From Candidatus Saccharimonadota bacterium (GTDB lineage Bacteria; Patescibacteriota; Patescibacteriia; 2-12-FULL-60-25), in the NCBI GenBank assembly GCA_022843095.1, contig JALHOH010000002.1, positions 150,001 through 182,000 on the forward strand: 32,000 nucleotides of DNA. The letters run 5' to 3'. This document shows, one piece after another, positions 6,460-15,352 of this stretch. Below the pieces are notes generated by a model. That model saw only the letters and a list, made by a program, of their open reading frames with translations, was not told where the DNA came from and did not search any database. Position 1 is the stretch's first letter, and every line of letters starts with the position of its first letter. Made by a program: the position numbers and the translations under genes.

Positions 6460-7104
6460 TCATTCGAGACGCGTATGCGCAGGTGCAGCAACCCAGCGTG
6501 GTTGGAGAACACATTCCGGACAGAGCCGGATGCGACCGAATCGGATGGGCAGCAGACGCTCATCCAAATGGAACAGGAGAAGGGATCGCCGCGGGAGACA
6601 CATGGGCATCACCTCATGGATCACCACACCGGCGCTGCGATCGCTTGCGTCGGAAAACGCAGCGGCATCCCACGACCGAACCGAATGGGTCGTCGCCACG
6701 GCGTACGGTTGCCGATGCAGGGTGTGCTCTGCCGTGAAGGCGAGCACGAGGAGCCCGAACGCGAACGCGAGGCAGACCACAGCGATCAAGAATCCGATCA
6801 CCGTCGAAACACTGGTCGCCTGAGCGTCCATCGCGTTCGCTTCCATCTCCCGCTCCGACTGCAGAGCGGAATGCTGCTCCGCGAGCACACTGTAGTCCTC
6901 TTCGAGGGACGCGTACCGCGACTTCAGCTCAGCATTCTCTCGCTCGAGCATGGCGACGCGGTCACCCAGAACGTCCGCGGGCGATCGCCGAAACGGGCTC
7001 TGCGGACCCGTATGACCGGGTTTTGGAGTCAGCCGCAGATACCGCCACCAGGTCAGACCGTAGAGAGGAACGAGGACGGCGAGGATCGTCGAAAAAACGT
7101 GCAT
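6460..7104 (-). CDS. hypothetical membrane protein with two TM segments flanking a coiled-coil region
   Basis: The ATG at 7104 is preceded by GGAGGTG at 5-nt spacing. N-terminal TM is FSTILAVLVPLYGLTWW. A heptad-like LERENAELKSRYASLEEDYSVLAEQHSALQSEREME follows, then a second TM VIGFLIAVVCLAFAFGLLVLAF. The C-terminal ~90 aa are of unconvincing composition, hence moderate confidence. Confidence 0.5.
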   Translation of the reverse strand: MHVFSTILAVLVPLYGLTWWRYLRLTPKPGHTGPQSPFRRSPADVLGDRVAMLERENAELKSRYASLEEDYSVLAEQHSALQSEREMEANAMDAQATSVSTVIGFLIAVVCLAFAFGLLVLAFTAEHTLHRQPYAVATTHSVRSWDAAAFSDASDRSAGVVIHEVMPMCLPRRSLLLFHLDERLLPIRFGRIRLCPECVLQPRWVAAPAHTRLE

Positions 7105-7181
7105 GCAACACCTCCGTGGGTGGTACGGTGCGGCGTTTTTGGCGTTCCGTCAAGGGTTGCGTAAGATAGAAGGAACGCGCT

Positions 7182-8309
7182 ATGCCCTTCCCTCGCCTTC
7201 TCCCCTTTCTTTTTGTCCTCGCACTGGCCCTCCCCGTTTCTACCAGCGCCGCCGCACCGAATCGGAACGCCGTTGTTTTAGTGGGCTGCGATAATCGACA
7301 GGGCTCTGGAACCGTTATCCATGGCGACAAGGGGTACGTCCTGACGAATGCGCATGTGGTCAAAAACGTAACAACTGGTGTGCATGCCGCAACTTGCGTC
7401 GTCGGCTTTCTTCGCGACGCGGACGCAAAAATCGACGTGTTATATGAAGCCGTCCCGCTTGTCACCTATTTTGATGCCGACCGAAACCTCGATTTCAGCA
7501 TCCTTGAGATCCGAAAGCATTTACAGGGCGAGGTCATTCAAAAACCGTTTCCCATGGCGCCATCCTATGAATTCCCTGAAACCGGCACGCCGCTTTGGCT
7601 CCTTGGATATTCTGGGACGGATGATGCGCTCGTGGAACGAGAAGGGACGATTACCGGGTTTTCAGACGGAGCGATCCAATCCACAACCAAAATCTCCCCA
7701 GGAGACTCCGGTGGTGCGGCGCTGAACGAACGCGGGGAACTCATGGGCATGCCAAGCCGTATGGTTACCCTGACCGGACGGGATGGAAGCGAGACGACGC
7801 ATTATGAATTGGTGGACATCCGCGCAATCATGCAATGGCTAGATACCGGAACGGCAGGAGGGCATGACGCGTACTTTGTCCATGCCGAACCCCTGCGCTA
7901 CCACCAATCCGCGATATTCATTGAATCCGCAGAGCTTGGCTGTTCCGTCCTGGCCCGCGCACCCACGGTGGACACGGTCTATTGCATCAAACCCAATCAA
8001 ACGCGTTTTGTCTTTCCGAATGCGAAGACCTTTTTTAGCTGGCACCCCTCTTTTGAAAAAGTGATCACCGCCTCCCCGGCATCGCTTGCGACGTTCACCT
8101 TGCAGAAAAACGTCACGCTCAAACCTGGAACCTTGGTGAAAAGCGCAACCGCCTCCCCGGTGTATGTGGTCACCGATATCTTTGGAACGATGCGCCACAT
8201 TCCATCCGAGGCAAAGGCGCGGGAACTCTGGGGCCCCAACTGGGCCGCGCAGGTCCAAGACATCCCCGATGAATTCTGGACCAACTACACCATAGGCGCA
8301 CCACTCTAA
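7182..8309 (+). CDS. secreted trypsin-like (S1/S1C-type) serine protease with a C-terminal tandem-repeat domain
   Basis: Signal peptide MPFPRLLPFLFVLALALPVSTSAAAP. Catalytic His context is GSGTVI...YVLTNAHVV, Asp context is DFSILEI, and Ser context is GDSGGAAL. The C-terminal ~140 aa form two related repeats. Confidence 0.8.
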   Translation: MPFPRLLPFLFVLALALPVSTSAAAPNRNAVVLVGCDNRQGSGTVIHGDKGYVLTNAHVVKNVTTGVHAATCVVGFLRDADAKIDVLYEAVPLVTYFDADRNLDFSILEIRKHLQGEVIQKPFPMAPSYEFPETGTPLWLLGYSGTDDALVEREGTITGFSDGAIQSTTKISPGDSGGAALNERGELMGMPSRMVTLTGRDGSETTHYELVDIRAIMQWLDTGTAGGHDAYFVHAEPLRYHQSAIFIESAELGCSVLARAPTVDTVYCIKPNQTRFVFPNAKTFFSWHPSFEKVITASPASLATFTLQKNVTLKPGTLVKSATASPVYVVTDIFGTMRHIPSEAKARELWGPNWAAQVQDIPDEFWTNYTIGAPL

Positions 8310-8315
8310 ACAACA

Positions 8316-8340
8316 AAAACGGGCCGAAGCCCGTTTTTTT
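8316..8340. terminator. bidirectional intrinsic terminator shared by the protease gene and typA
   Basis: AAAAA-CGGGC-cgaa-GCCCG-TTTTTTT. It abuts or overlaps the typA stop codon (8339-8341). Confidence 0.75.
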
Positions 8341-10147
8341 ATGCCCCCATCGACTGCTCGTACCGCTTGCGTTCAAATTCCTTCAGATACATTTTGCGGA
8401 TGCGCAGGTTCTGTGGCGTGACTTCCAGCAGCTCATCGTCTCCCAGATATTCCAGCGCTTCTTCCAACGACATGAGGCGTGGGGAATTCAATCCTTCCGC
8501 GACCCCATCTCCCTTGGAACGCATGTTCGAGAGCTTCTTTTCCTTGCACACGTTCACCACCAAATCTTCCGGCTTGGCGTTTTGACCAACCACCATCCCT
8601 TCGTACACCTTCATCCCCGGTTGGATAAACAGCTGGCCACGTTCTTGTGCGGCGAGCATGCCGTAGGTGTTCGCTTCACCCGTTTCATGCGCGATGAGCG
8701 ATCCATGCGGCGCTCCGTCGATCGCTCCGATAAACGCGCGATAGCCCAGGAACAACGTGTTCAACACCCCCTGGCCACGCGTATCCATCATGAACTCCGT
8801 GCGGAAACCGATAAGCCCACGGGTCGGAATCTCGAATTGAAGATACGCGGTGCCGTTTTCGACACGCATATCCTTCATTTCCGCCTTGCGACGTCCCATT
8901 TTTTCGATGACCGTCCCGGCAACGCCTTCCGGACATTCGATCGACACCTCTTCAAACGGTTCGGACTTTTGCCCGTCGATCTCCTTAAAAATAACCTGCG
9001 GACGGCTCACCTGGAGTTCAAACCCTTCACGACGCATCCGTTCGATCAAGATCGCGAGGTGCAATTCTCCGCGACCCGACACAATGAACGTCCCGTCGCC
9101 CGAACCCGCCTCGACGCGCAAGGCGACGTCGTTTTGCAATTCACGTTCCAACCGTTCTTTAACGTTCCGGGACGTCGTGAACTGCCCTTCCTGACCGGCA
9201 AACGGCGAGGTGTTGACACCGAACGTCATCTTCACGGTCGGCTCTTCGATCGTAATCGCCGGCAATGCTTCCGGTTTCTCGGCATCCGCAACCGTCTCTC
9301 CGATGTTCAGGTCCGCGATCCCAGCAAATGCGACGATGTCTCCGGCCTTCGCTTCCTGGACTTCCACCTTTTGCATCCCCATGAAGGAGAACACGTTGGT
9401 GATTTTTGCCGCTGCCGACACGCCATCGCGGTTGATCCACGTCACCGCCCCTGGACGGAACACGCCACGCACGACACGCCCGATCCCCATCTTCCCCTTG
9501 TAGTTATCGTACGAAATGTTTGCGACCGACACCTGAAGCGGCCCTTCCGCCACCACCTTTGGCGCCGGCACCTTCTCCACCACCGTTTGGAAGATCGCAC
9601 GGATGTCCGTCATTGTATCCAAGTTAGTATCCAACCCCGCTTTGCCCTGCTTTGCGGAGGCGTAAATCACGGGAAAATCCGTCTGCTCATCCGTCGCGCC
9701 GAGCGTCACAAACAAATCAAACACCTGATCCAACACCCAATCCGGACGTGCATCCGGCTTGTCGATCTTGTTGATGACGACGATCACCCGGTGACCGGCC
9801 TGGATGGCCTTTTTCAGCACGAACCGCGTCTGCGGCATCGGCCCTTCTTTGGCGTCAACAAGCAAAAGCACACCATCCACCAGGTTCATGATGCGTTCCA
9901 CTTCTCCCCCGAAGTCCGCGTGTCCTGGCGTATCCACGATGTTGATCTTGACGCCGTTGTACATGATGGCGCAGTTCTTCGCGAGAATCGTAATCCCACG
10001 CTCACGTTCGAGCGGGTTAAAGTCGAGGATGGTCTCCCCTTCGAGTCCCTTTTCCTTAAAGGTATCGGATTGTTTGAGCAGGGCGTCGGCGAGGGTCGTT
10101 TTGCCGTGGTCGACGTGCGCGATGATCGCGATGTTGCGGATATCCAT
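8339..10147 (-). CDS. typA: translational GTPase TypA/BipA
   Basis: MDIRNIAIIAHVDHGKTTLADALL (G1), DTPGHADFGGEV (G3), NKIDK (G4), and full-length EF-G-like domain order ending in the typical TypA C-terminus. The start is set at Met11 of ORF 8339..10177. Confidence 0.95.
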   Translation of the reverse strand: MDIRNIAIIAHVDHGKTTLADALLKQSDTFKEKGLEGETILDFNPLERERGITILAKNCAIMYNGVKINIVDTPGHADFGGEVERIMNLVDGVLLLVDAKEGPMPQTRFVLKKAIQAGHRVIVVINKIDKPDARPDWVLDQVFDLFVTLGATDEQTDFPVIYASAKQGKAGLDTNLDTMTDIRAIFQTVVEKVPAPKVVAEGPLQVSVANISYDNYKGKMGIGRVVRGVFRPGAVTWINRDGVSAAAKITNVFSFMGMQKVEVQEAKAGDIVAFAGIADLNIGETVADAEKPEALPAITIEEPTVKMTFGVNTSPFAGQEGQFTTSRNVKERLERELQNDVALRVEAGSGDGTFIVSGRGELHLAILIERMRREGFELQVSRPQVIFKEIDGQKSEPFEEVSIECPEGVAGTVIEKMGRRKAEMKDMRVENGTAYLQFEIPTRGLIGFRTEFMMDTRGQGVLNTLFLGYRAFIGAIDGAPHGSLIAHETGEANTYGMLAAQERGQLFIQPGMKVYEGMVVGQNAKPEDLVVNVCKEKKLSNMRSKGDGVAEGLNSPRLMSLEEALEYLGDDELLEVTPQNLRIRKMYLKEFERKRYEQSMGA

Positions 10148-10260
10148 AATGCAATTGAGATTTGCGGAAAATACCATGGGAAGCGGGTTCCGTCAATCGC
10201 CGGAATTGACTTTCCTCCCTTCATTGCTACGCTCCCGGGAGGAGAGAAGGAGGTTCATCC

Positions 10261-10623
10261 ATGGAACAGCACACAACATCCGCCGTGACCCCCGATCTGT
10301 TGGAGGCACTAGCGGAAGAGAACAAGCGACTCGAGCAGGCTCTTTTTTCACGAGATCGAGAGCTCTACGAGGCCCGGTTCTTCGTTACTCTCTTGGGGCA
10401 TATCGCTGCGCTCCTCGCGCTCCTCTGCTTTCTCATTGTTGCATCTGCATCGGACAAGTTCGGACGCCAGCCGCTGTCGGGCAAGGCGATCCATCAGGGA
10501 TGTCTCGGGACCGTCCCAGAACCCTTGCGTACCCAGACGATGCAGAACGGTCGCGTCCGCGCCGTATTCGGCCCGCTCGATCCCGCGGATGCACGCTGTC
10601 TGGAACACCCGCTCCCACGCTGA
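10261..10623 (+). CDS. small hypothetical membrane protein (coiled-coil N-terminus followed by one TM)
   Basis: Strong SD AAGGAGG (10247-10253) lies 7 nt before the ATG. It has LLEALAEENKRLEQALFSRDRELYEA followed by TM FFVTLLGHIAALLALLCFLIVASA. A perfect 11-bp hairpin terminator lies downstream. Confidence 0.6.
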   Translation: MEQHTTSAVTPDLLEALAEENKRLEQALFSRDRELYEARFFVTLLGHIAALLALLCFLIVASASDKFGRQPLSGKAIHQGCLGTVPEPLRTQTMQNGRVRAVFGPLDPADARCLEHPLPR

Positions 10624-10639
10624 TCGTGCAACATAAATA

Positions 10640-10670
10640 CCCCCATCCAGCTGGATGGGGGTTTCTTGTT
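10640..10670. terminator. bidirectional intrinsic terminator (10261 gene / 10686 gene)
   Basis: Perfect palindrome CCCCCATCCAG/CTGGATGGGGG (10640-10661), followed by TTTCTTGTTT on the plus strand and TATTTAT on the minus strand. Confidence 0.75.
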
Positions 10671-10685
10671 TCGCTCAACCTCTGG

Positions 10686-11489
10686 TCACGCCTCTCGCTC
10701 ACCGGCATCGATGAGCCACGTTGCGTAGCATTCGATGTCGCGACGATGAACCTCTTGGATCAAATCCGCGATCTCCGCGACTACCATCACCTCGTCCAAC
10801 AAGGTGATCTCCATAAGCCACTTCGCCAACGCCAGAAACGCGTCCAGATAATCCAACGAATGAGGAGGCTCTTGGCGGGTCAGCGTCTCTAACGCCTCCC
10901 GACAGGACTCCCACGGATCCTCTCCCACACCCGTCCAAGCCGGAGGCGGTTCACAGAACACGGTCTTAAACCCCGTGCGCCGACGCTCGTGCATCGCCTC
11001 CAGCCAGGCGATCCGAGGAGGGTCATTACATGCGTCCTGATACCGCTTGCAGGCCGCGTGCACCACATCCACAAGCGTAAGCGTCGGATGCGAAGGATAG
11101 GCATCCGGTGGGATATCAAACGGAGACGCATCTAACGTCATCCGCGACCCATCTACCAAGAGGACGGGAAGGAATGCCTTCAAGAGCGCCCCTTCCTCTT
11201 GAAGTCGCGGAAGCTGTAAGGGAAACGTGATGATCTGTTTCTCCCCCTCCACTTCGAGGATCAATTCCCGCGCCTCCTGTGGCAACTTTCTGAACGTCCC
11301 AAAAAAACATTCCTCCTTTGATGCGGGGCGGCAATAATAGGCGCGCGCCTTCATCCCAGAACGAATGATCGGCCCCTTGTATCCACGCTTACGGATCACG
11401 TCGCATTCCATGGCGCGTTTCGGGATTCCCGCATAGCGCGGAAAGGCCAAGGCATGTTTCACCGCAATCAACATTTTCGCAGCATCCAT
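10686..11489 (-). CDS. hypothetical protein (267 aa), no recognisable family; last gene of the dnaE-led block
   Basis: ORF 10686..11510. The Met at 11489 is preceded by GGAGGAACAG. Composition is protein-like. It is co-directional with, and 66 nt downstream of, the GH gene. Confidence 0.6.
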   Translation of the reverse strand: MDAAKMLIAVKHALAFPRYAGIPKRAMECDVIRKRGYKGPIIRSGMKARAYYCRPASKEECFFGTFRKLPQEARELILEVEGEKQIITFPLQLPRLQEEGALLKAFLPVLLVDGSRMTLDASPFDIPPDAYPSHPTLTLVDVVHAACKRYQDACNDPPRIAWLEAMHERRRTGFKTVFCEPPPAWTGVGEDPWESCREALETLTRQEPPHSLDYLDAFLALAKWLMEITLLDEVMVVAEIADLIQEVHRRDIECYATWLIDAGEREA

Positions 11490-11555
11490 CTGTTCCTCCA
11501 TGCAGCACAAAGACCTGCTGCACCGGTATCAAAAATGGCGCGGTACGTCAATCCA

Positions 11556-12578
11556 TCATTCCCGCTTGCGTGTCTCGAGCCAGCGCTTCATTTCTTGCCA
11601 AATCTCGGGGCGTTCCTGTTTCGTCTTCAGCCAATACCACCATTCGGCGCCCCAAAAATCTACGCGATGCATTCCCAGCCGCTCGGCATATGCCAAGTTC
11701 TCACGTACTTCCCGCATGCCAAAAAACGCCAGCTGTTCTTCAAGCGGAATGTCTCGAAGTGGTTTTGTGGCCCATGGTTCCATCTGGAATTCCGAAACAT
11801 AAATCGGGGCAATCCATGGCTTCACAAGCGCAGCTTTGCGTGCGTAAAAATACGGAGGGATAAACCAATACCTCCACGGCCAAGTTCCAAAGGCCAACAC
11901 CTTGCGATACACGCTTACTCCTTTCGTATCCAATTCTCGCGCATACGCAAGCCAGGTCGAAAGCTCCCCCGAATCCGCAAGCGTCACTGGGTGACGTTCT
12001 GCTTCCGGAAGCATCTGCATCTCGATATTCCGCACCTCTTGCATCTCCTGGCGAATAAATGCTGGACGCTGGTCTTTGCAGTTGCCAAAAAAGAGCAGAC
12101 CCGGTTCATTTTCGACCTGCCACATTTCAATCGCGGGATGGCGTGCAAAACGACCAACGACGTCCCGCACGTGCTGTAACTGCGCCGTTTCACGTTGGAC
12201 CTGTGTCAGTCCCTCGACCCATCCCGGCACCCAACATTCCGGCCACCGCGGCTGGGTTGCTCCTACCACGACGATCGCTTTCCCGTTGCGTTTTGCGAGT
12301 TCATCCAATTGCCATTGCAACTCGCGGGTATCAATAAGACCGCGCTCGCGTTCCATACGACTCCAATACGATGGAATACGCACACGCCGCATCCCAAGAT
12401 CATCCAACACCGCCAAAAATCCCGCGCGCCCATCGATCCCTAATTCCTCTGCGTAGGGCATGGACCAGGTGACTCCATACACCGTGTCCGGATGCACACG
12501 GCTCACTCCCACAAAAAAATACGCAAGTGGCGGCAAGAGCACGACCGCGAGGCCGATCAAGAGAGGACGGAGGGTCAT
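11556..12578 (-). CDS. membrane-anchored TIM-barrel glycoside hydrolase (clan GH-A-like)
   Basis: N-terminal TM LLIGLAVVLLPPLAYFFVGV. An acid/base-type motif WQVENEP and a nucleophile-type motif IYVSEFQ are present at the spacing expected for clan GH-A (4/7) enzymes. Confidence 0.7.
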   Translation of the reverse strand: MTLRPLLIGLAVVLLPPLAYFFVGVSRVHPDTVYGVTWSMPYAEELGIDGRAGFLAVLDDLGMRRVRIPSYWSRMERERGLIDTRELQWQLDELAKRNGKAIVVVGATQPRWPECWVPGWVEGLTQVQRETAQLQHVRDVVGRFARHPAIEMWQVENEPGLLFFGNCKDQRPAFIRQEMQEVRNIEMQMLPEAERHPVTLADSGELSTWLAYARELDTKGVSVYRKVLAFGTWPWRYWFIPPYFYARKAALVKPWIAPIYVSEFQMEPWATKPLRDIPLEEQLAFFGMREVRENLAYAERLGMHRVDFWGAEWWYWLKTKQERPEIWQEMKRWLETRKRE

Positions 12579-12581
12579 GCG

Positions 12582-13490
12582 TTATACGGTAACGGTTTCG
12601 GCGACGAGCGCAAGTCCGATCGCGACAAGTGCGAGTGCCGCCCCCTTTCGAAGCAGCACCGGACGTGACACCTCTTCCTTCAGAAGCGCGCGAAGACGCG
12701 ATCCGCCGATCCAGGCAACCAATACAATCGCGGCATATTGCACGGCCTGAAGCGCATTCACGATGGTCGGACTCCCATCCCGCAGTCCCAGTTGGACCAA
12801 CAAAAACCCGACCGCGCCAAGTGCCTGACCAACAAACAACAACGTCCCCGCTTTTTTGGGGGCATGCGCTGAATCTCGTGCTTGGAGTTCTTCCCGAATC
12901 CCGGGAACACACAAAAACAACAGGAGTCCCGAAACTCCCGCTGCCAGACGCGACCCCACAAACACCCCCAAAAACGGGGCGAGATTAAACGCGTATTTTC
13001 CCGCAACGGACGAACTGGCAAACAACGTGGCCGCAACAAGAGACATTCCAACCGCTCGCGTTGGCAGACGACCCGCTCCGGAACCACCCGCAAGCAACGC
13101 CGTCGCAACCAACAAACACCCAACGCCCGCAAGCACACGCACCGAGAATTGTTCCTGCAACAACCAGACACCCAGCACAAGCGTCGCGAGTGGGATGAGC
13201 GAGCAAACGATCGGCACCACCCGACTCGCCTCCCCCACACGCATTGCCTCAAAAAACGCCCAAAGCGCGGCCACAAACACAACCCCAAATGCGATCGTCG
13301 CGGGCCAGACATCCCAGGCGGGCCACACCTCGACCCAAGGAATCGCGACGGCGACAGCAAGCGAAAGCATCCCAATTGCTGCGGCATACGTGCCGCTTTT
13401 CTTGAACGCGGTCGTGAGCAATGACTTATCAATGATAAACGCCGCGGCGTTTGCCAGATGCCCGATGATCGTCCATGCAATCCAGGACAT
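12582..13490 (-). CDS. DMT-superfamily (EamA-like) multi-pass membrane transporter
   Basis: 302 aa with about 10 hydrophobic segments in two similar halves. It carries an EamA-like GEASRVVPI motif. Its stop lies 3 nt before the GH start codon. Confidence 0.7.
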   Translation of the reverse strand: MSWIAWTIIGHLANAAAFIIDKSLLTTAFKKSGTYAAAIGMLSLAVAVAIPWVEVWPAWDVWPATIAFGVVFVAALWAFFEAMRVGEASRVVPIVCSLIPLATLVLGVWLLQEQFSVRVLAGVGCLLVATALLAGGSGAGRLPTRAVGMSLVAATLFASSSVAGKYAFNLAPFLGVFVGSRLAAGVSGLLLFLCVPGIREELQARDSAHAPKKAGTLLFVGQALGAVGFLLVQLGLRDGSPTIVNALQAVQYAAIVLVAWIGGSRLRALLKEEVSRPVLLRKGAALALVAIGLALVAETVTV

Positions 13491-13493
13491 ACC

Positions 13494-14843
13494 TTAGACA
13501 GTCACCGTTTCTCCCAAACGAGGGACGTCCGCACGCACGCCGGCATCCGCAGAAAGCCGCGTGGCAAGCGCGGCACTCGCCCCTTCTTCTCCATGCGTAC
13601 AAAAGACTCGGCCCGGAGGATGCGCCGCTTCACGAACCCATCGCACCAATTTTTCCTGATCCGCATGGGCACTATACGCCCCAATCGACGTGATTCGTGC
13701 ACGTACATCCACCCGCTCGCCCAACACATCGACGCGCTTGTCTCCGCGGTACAGCTGGCGTCCAAGCGTCCCTTCCGCTTGGTATCCGATAATCAACACC
13801 GTCGAACGCGGGTCACTTAAATACCGCACCAAGTGATGCAAAATGCGTCCGCCGTTCATCATTCCCGAACCCGCGATAATCACCTTCGGACGCGGTGACG
13901 CATTGATCTCCTTTGACTGGTCGCGCGTGTGACACACGGTCAGTCCCGCAAAATCAAACAAATCATCGCCTGTCGCGGTCAATCGCAACGCCTCTTTGTC
14001 GTAATATTGCGGAAACTGCTTGATCACCTCCGTCGCCTTGATCGCCAACGGACTGTCCAAAAACACATCCACGTGTGGGATTAATTTGTTCTCCACGAGA
14101 TGATTGAGTTCGTAGAGCACCTGTTGCGTCCGTTCAATCGCAAACGCTGGAATGATCAACACCCCGTTTTGCAGAATAGTACGCTGAATCGCCTCGCGCA
14201 GCTTCACCTCGCGTGTGGACTCATCTTCGTGAATGCGGTTACCGTAGGTCGACTCCATCACCAGCACATCCGTTTCGGCGAGCTGTGCCGTCTCGCGCAA
14301 AATAGGAACGCGTGTGTTCCCCAAATCTCCGCTAAACGTAGCGCGCGCACCACCCGCTTCTTCGATCTCGATAAACGCGCTTCCAAAAATATGTCCGGCG
14401 TCCCGGAATCGAAAGGACACGCCGTCTAATTTTACGGATTTGCTGTATTCAATCCCTTTGAATTGCTTCAACGCAAAATTAATGTCTTCTTCTTGATACA
14501 AAAGTGGACGAAACTCGCGACGATGATCTTCCAACATGATCTGATACGCGTCCTCAAGGACGAGTTGTGCTAATTTCACGGTCGGACCCGTCGCGTACAC
14601 CGTCCCGCGAAATCCATGCGTCACGAGCCGCGGAATACGACCCACATGATCCAAATGCGCGTGCGAGACGACAACCGCATCCACGGTGGATGGATCAAAT
14701 GGGAGTGGATCAAAATTCCGCGCGTCATTCACCCGTGACCCCTGAAACATCCCGCAGTCCACCAGCAAACGCGTGCGCGCGGTCTCCACCAAGTAGCAGG
14801 ACCCGGTTACTTCACGGGTCGCGCCAAAAAATGAGATGCGCAT
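13494..14843 (-). CDS. MBL-fold beta-CASP family ribonuclease (RNase J/CPSF73-like)
   Basis: MRISFFGATREVTGSCYLVE...LLVDCGMFQG...VVVSHAHLDHVGRIP (HxHxDH), with downstream beta-CASP and RMMBL-type motifs (SAHAD near the C-terminus). Confidence 0.85.
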   Translation of the reverse strand: MRISFFGATREVTGSCYLVETARTRLLVDCGMFQGSRVNDARNFDPLPFDPSTVDAVVVSHAHLDHVGRIPRLVTHGFRGTVYATGPTVKLAQLVLEDAYQIMLEDHRREFRPLLYQEEDINFALKQFKGIEYSKSVKLDGVSFRFRDAGHIFGSAFIEIEEAGGARATFSGDLGNTRVPILRETAQLAETDVLVMESTYGNRIHEDESTREVKLREAIQRTILQNGVLIIPAFAIERTQQVLYELNHLVENKLIPHVDVFLDSPLAIKATEVIKQFPQYYDKEALRLTATGDDLFDFAGLTVCHTRDQSKEINASPRPKVIIAGSGMMNGGRILHHLVRYLSDPRSTVLIIGYQAEGTLGRQLYRGDKRVDVLGERVDVRARITSIGAYSAHADQEKLVRWVREAAHPPGRVFCTHGEEGASAALATRLSADAGVRADVPRLGETVTV

Positions 14844-14854
14844 GGAAAAGCAAG

Positions 14855-15325
14855 TTAGGGAAACAGCAGGTACTTACGCGACAGCGCATCGCAGAACTCC
14901 AGGAATGCCGGGGATGGCGCCTGACACTGACGCGCAAAGACCAAACGGATGAGCTGTTCATCCAGTGAACCCTCCGTAAAAAACAACACGAATAATAACG
15001 TTTCGACGATCAGCAAAAGCGCGCCCGTCACGAGGGCCAACCGAAACGAAAACTCTGGGTGCTGAAAACGCGCCTGCCATTTTGGCGCAAACATCCACAA
15101 TCGCCCTTCAGCCAGGACGTTCGCCAAAATAATGGTAAGCGATGACCCCATCCCAACACCGAACGCAGAGATCGGCGTCAGATCAAATCCATGCGCAATC
15201 CCACTCCCAATCGGAAACGCAAGAAAGGTCAGAAACGCCCAAAAATCACTGGTCTCCCATCGGCGTACGGATGTAGGTGGCGACGTCGGGGTAACCGAAC
15301 GCGCACGTTTGATAGCACGGGGCAT
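14855..15325 (-). CDS. hypothetical integral membrane protein (3-4 TM)
   Basis: ORF 14855..15352 lies immediately downstream of dnaE. The Met of MPRAIKR (15325) is preceded by TGGAGGA. Hydrophobic segments include FWAFLTFLAFPIGSGIA, ISAFGVGMGSSLTIILANVL and LALVTGALLLIVETLLFVLFF. Confidence 0.5.
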   Translation of the reverse strand: MPRAIKRARSVTPTSPPTSVRRWETSDFWAFLTFLAFPIGSGIAHGFDLTPISAFGVGMGSSLTIILANVLAEGRLWMFAPKWQARFQHPEFSFRLALVTGALLLIVETLLFVLFFTEGSLDEQLIRLVFARQCQAPSPAFLEFCDALSRKYLLFP

Positions 15326-15352
15326 AGTCCTCCAGGGAGGAGTATACCACAC

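Noticed and set aside
6253-7164. 303-aa plus-strand ORF overlapping the 6460..7104 minus-strand gene
   Set aside because: It reads through the intrinsic terminator at 6388-6417, is Arg/Pro-rich and has no SD. The minus-strand ORF has a GGAGGTG SD, TM helices and a coiled coil.
8582-10288. 568-aa plus-strand ORF antisense to typA (and the 9804..10892 ORF)
   Set aside because: These are antisense to an unambiguous typA gene. Their composition is Arg/His-rich and low-complexity-like. The second ORF also runs across a terminator and two other supported genes.
12629-13497. Several 120-240-aa ORFs on both strands inside the DMT transporter gene
   Set aside because: All are Arg/Pro/Thr-rich shadow frames of a gene whose own frame gives about 10 clean TM helices.
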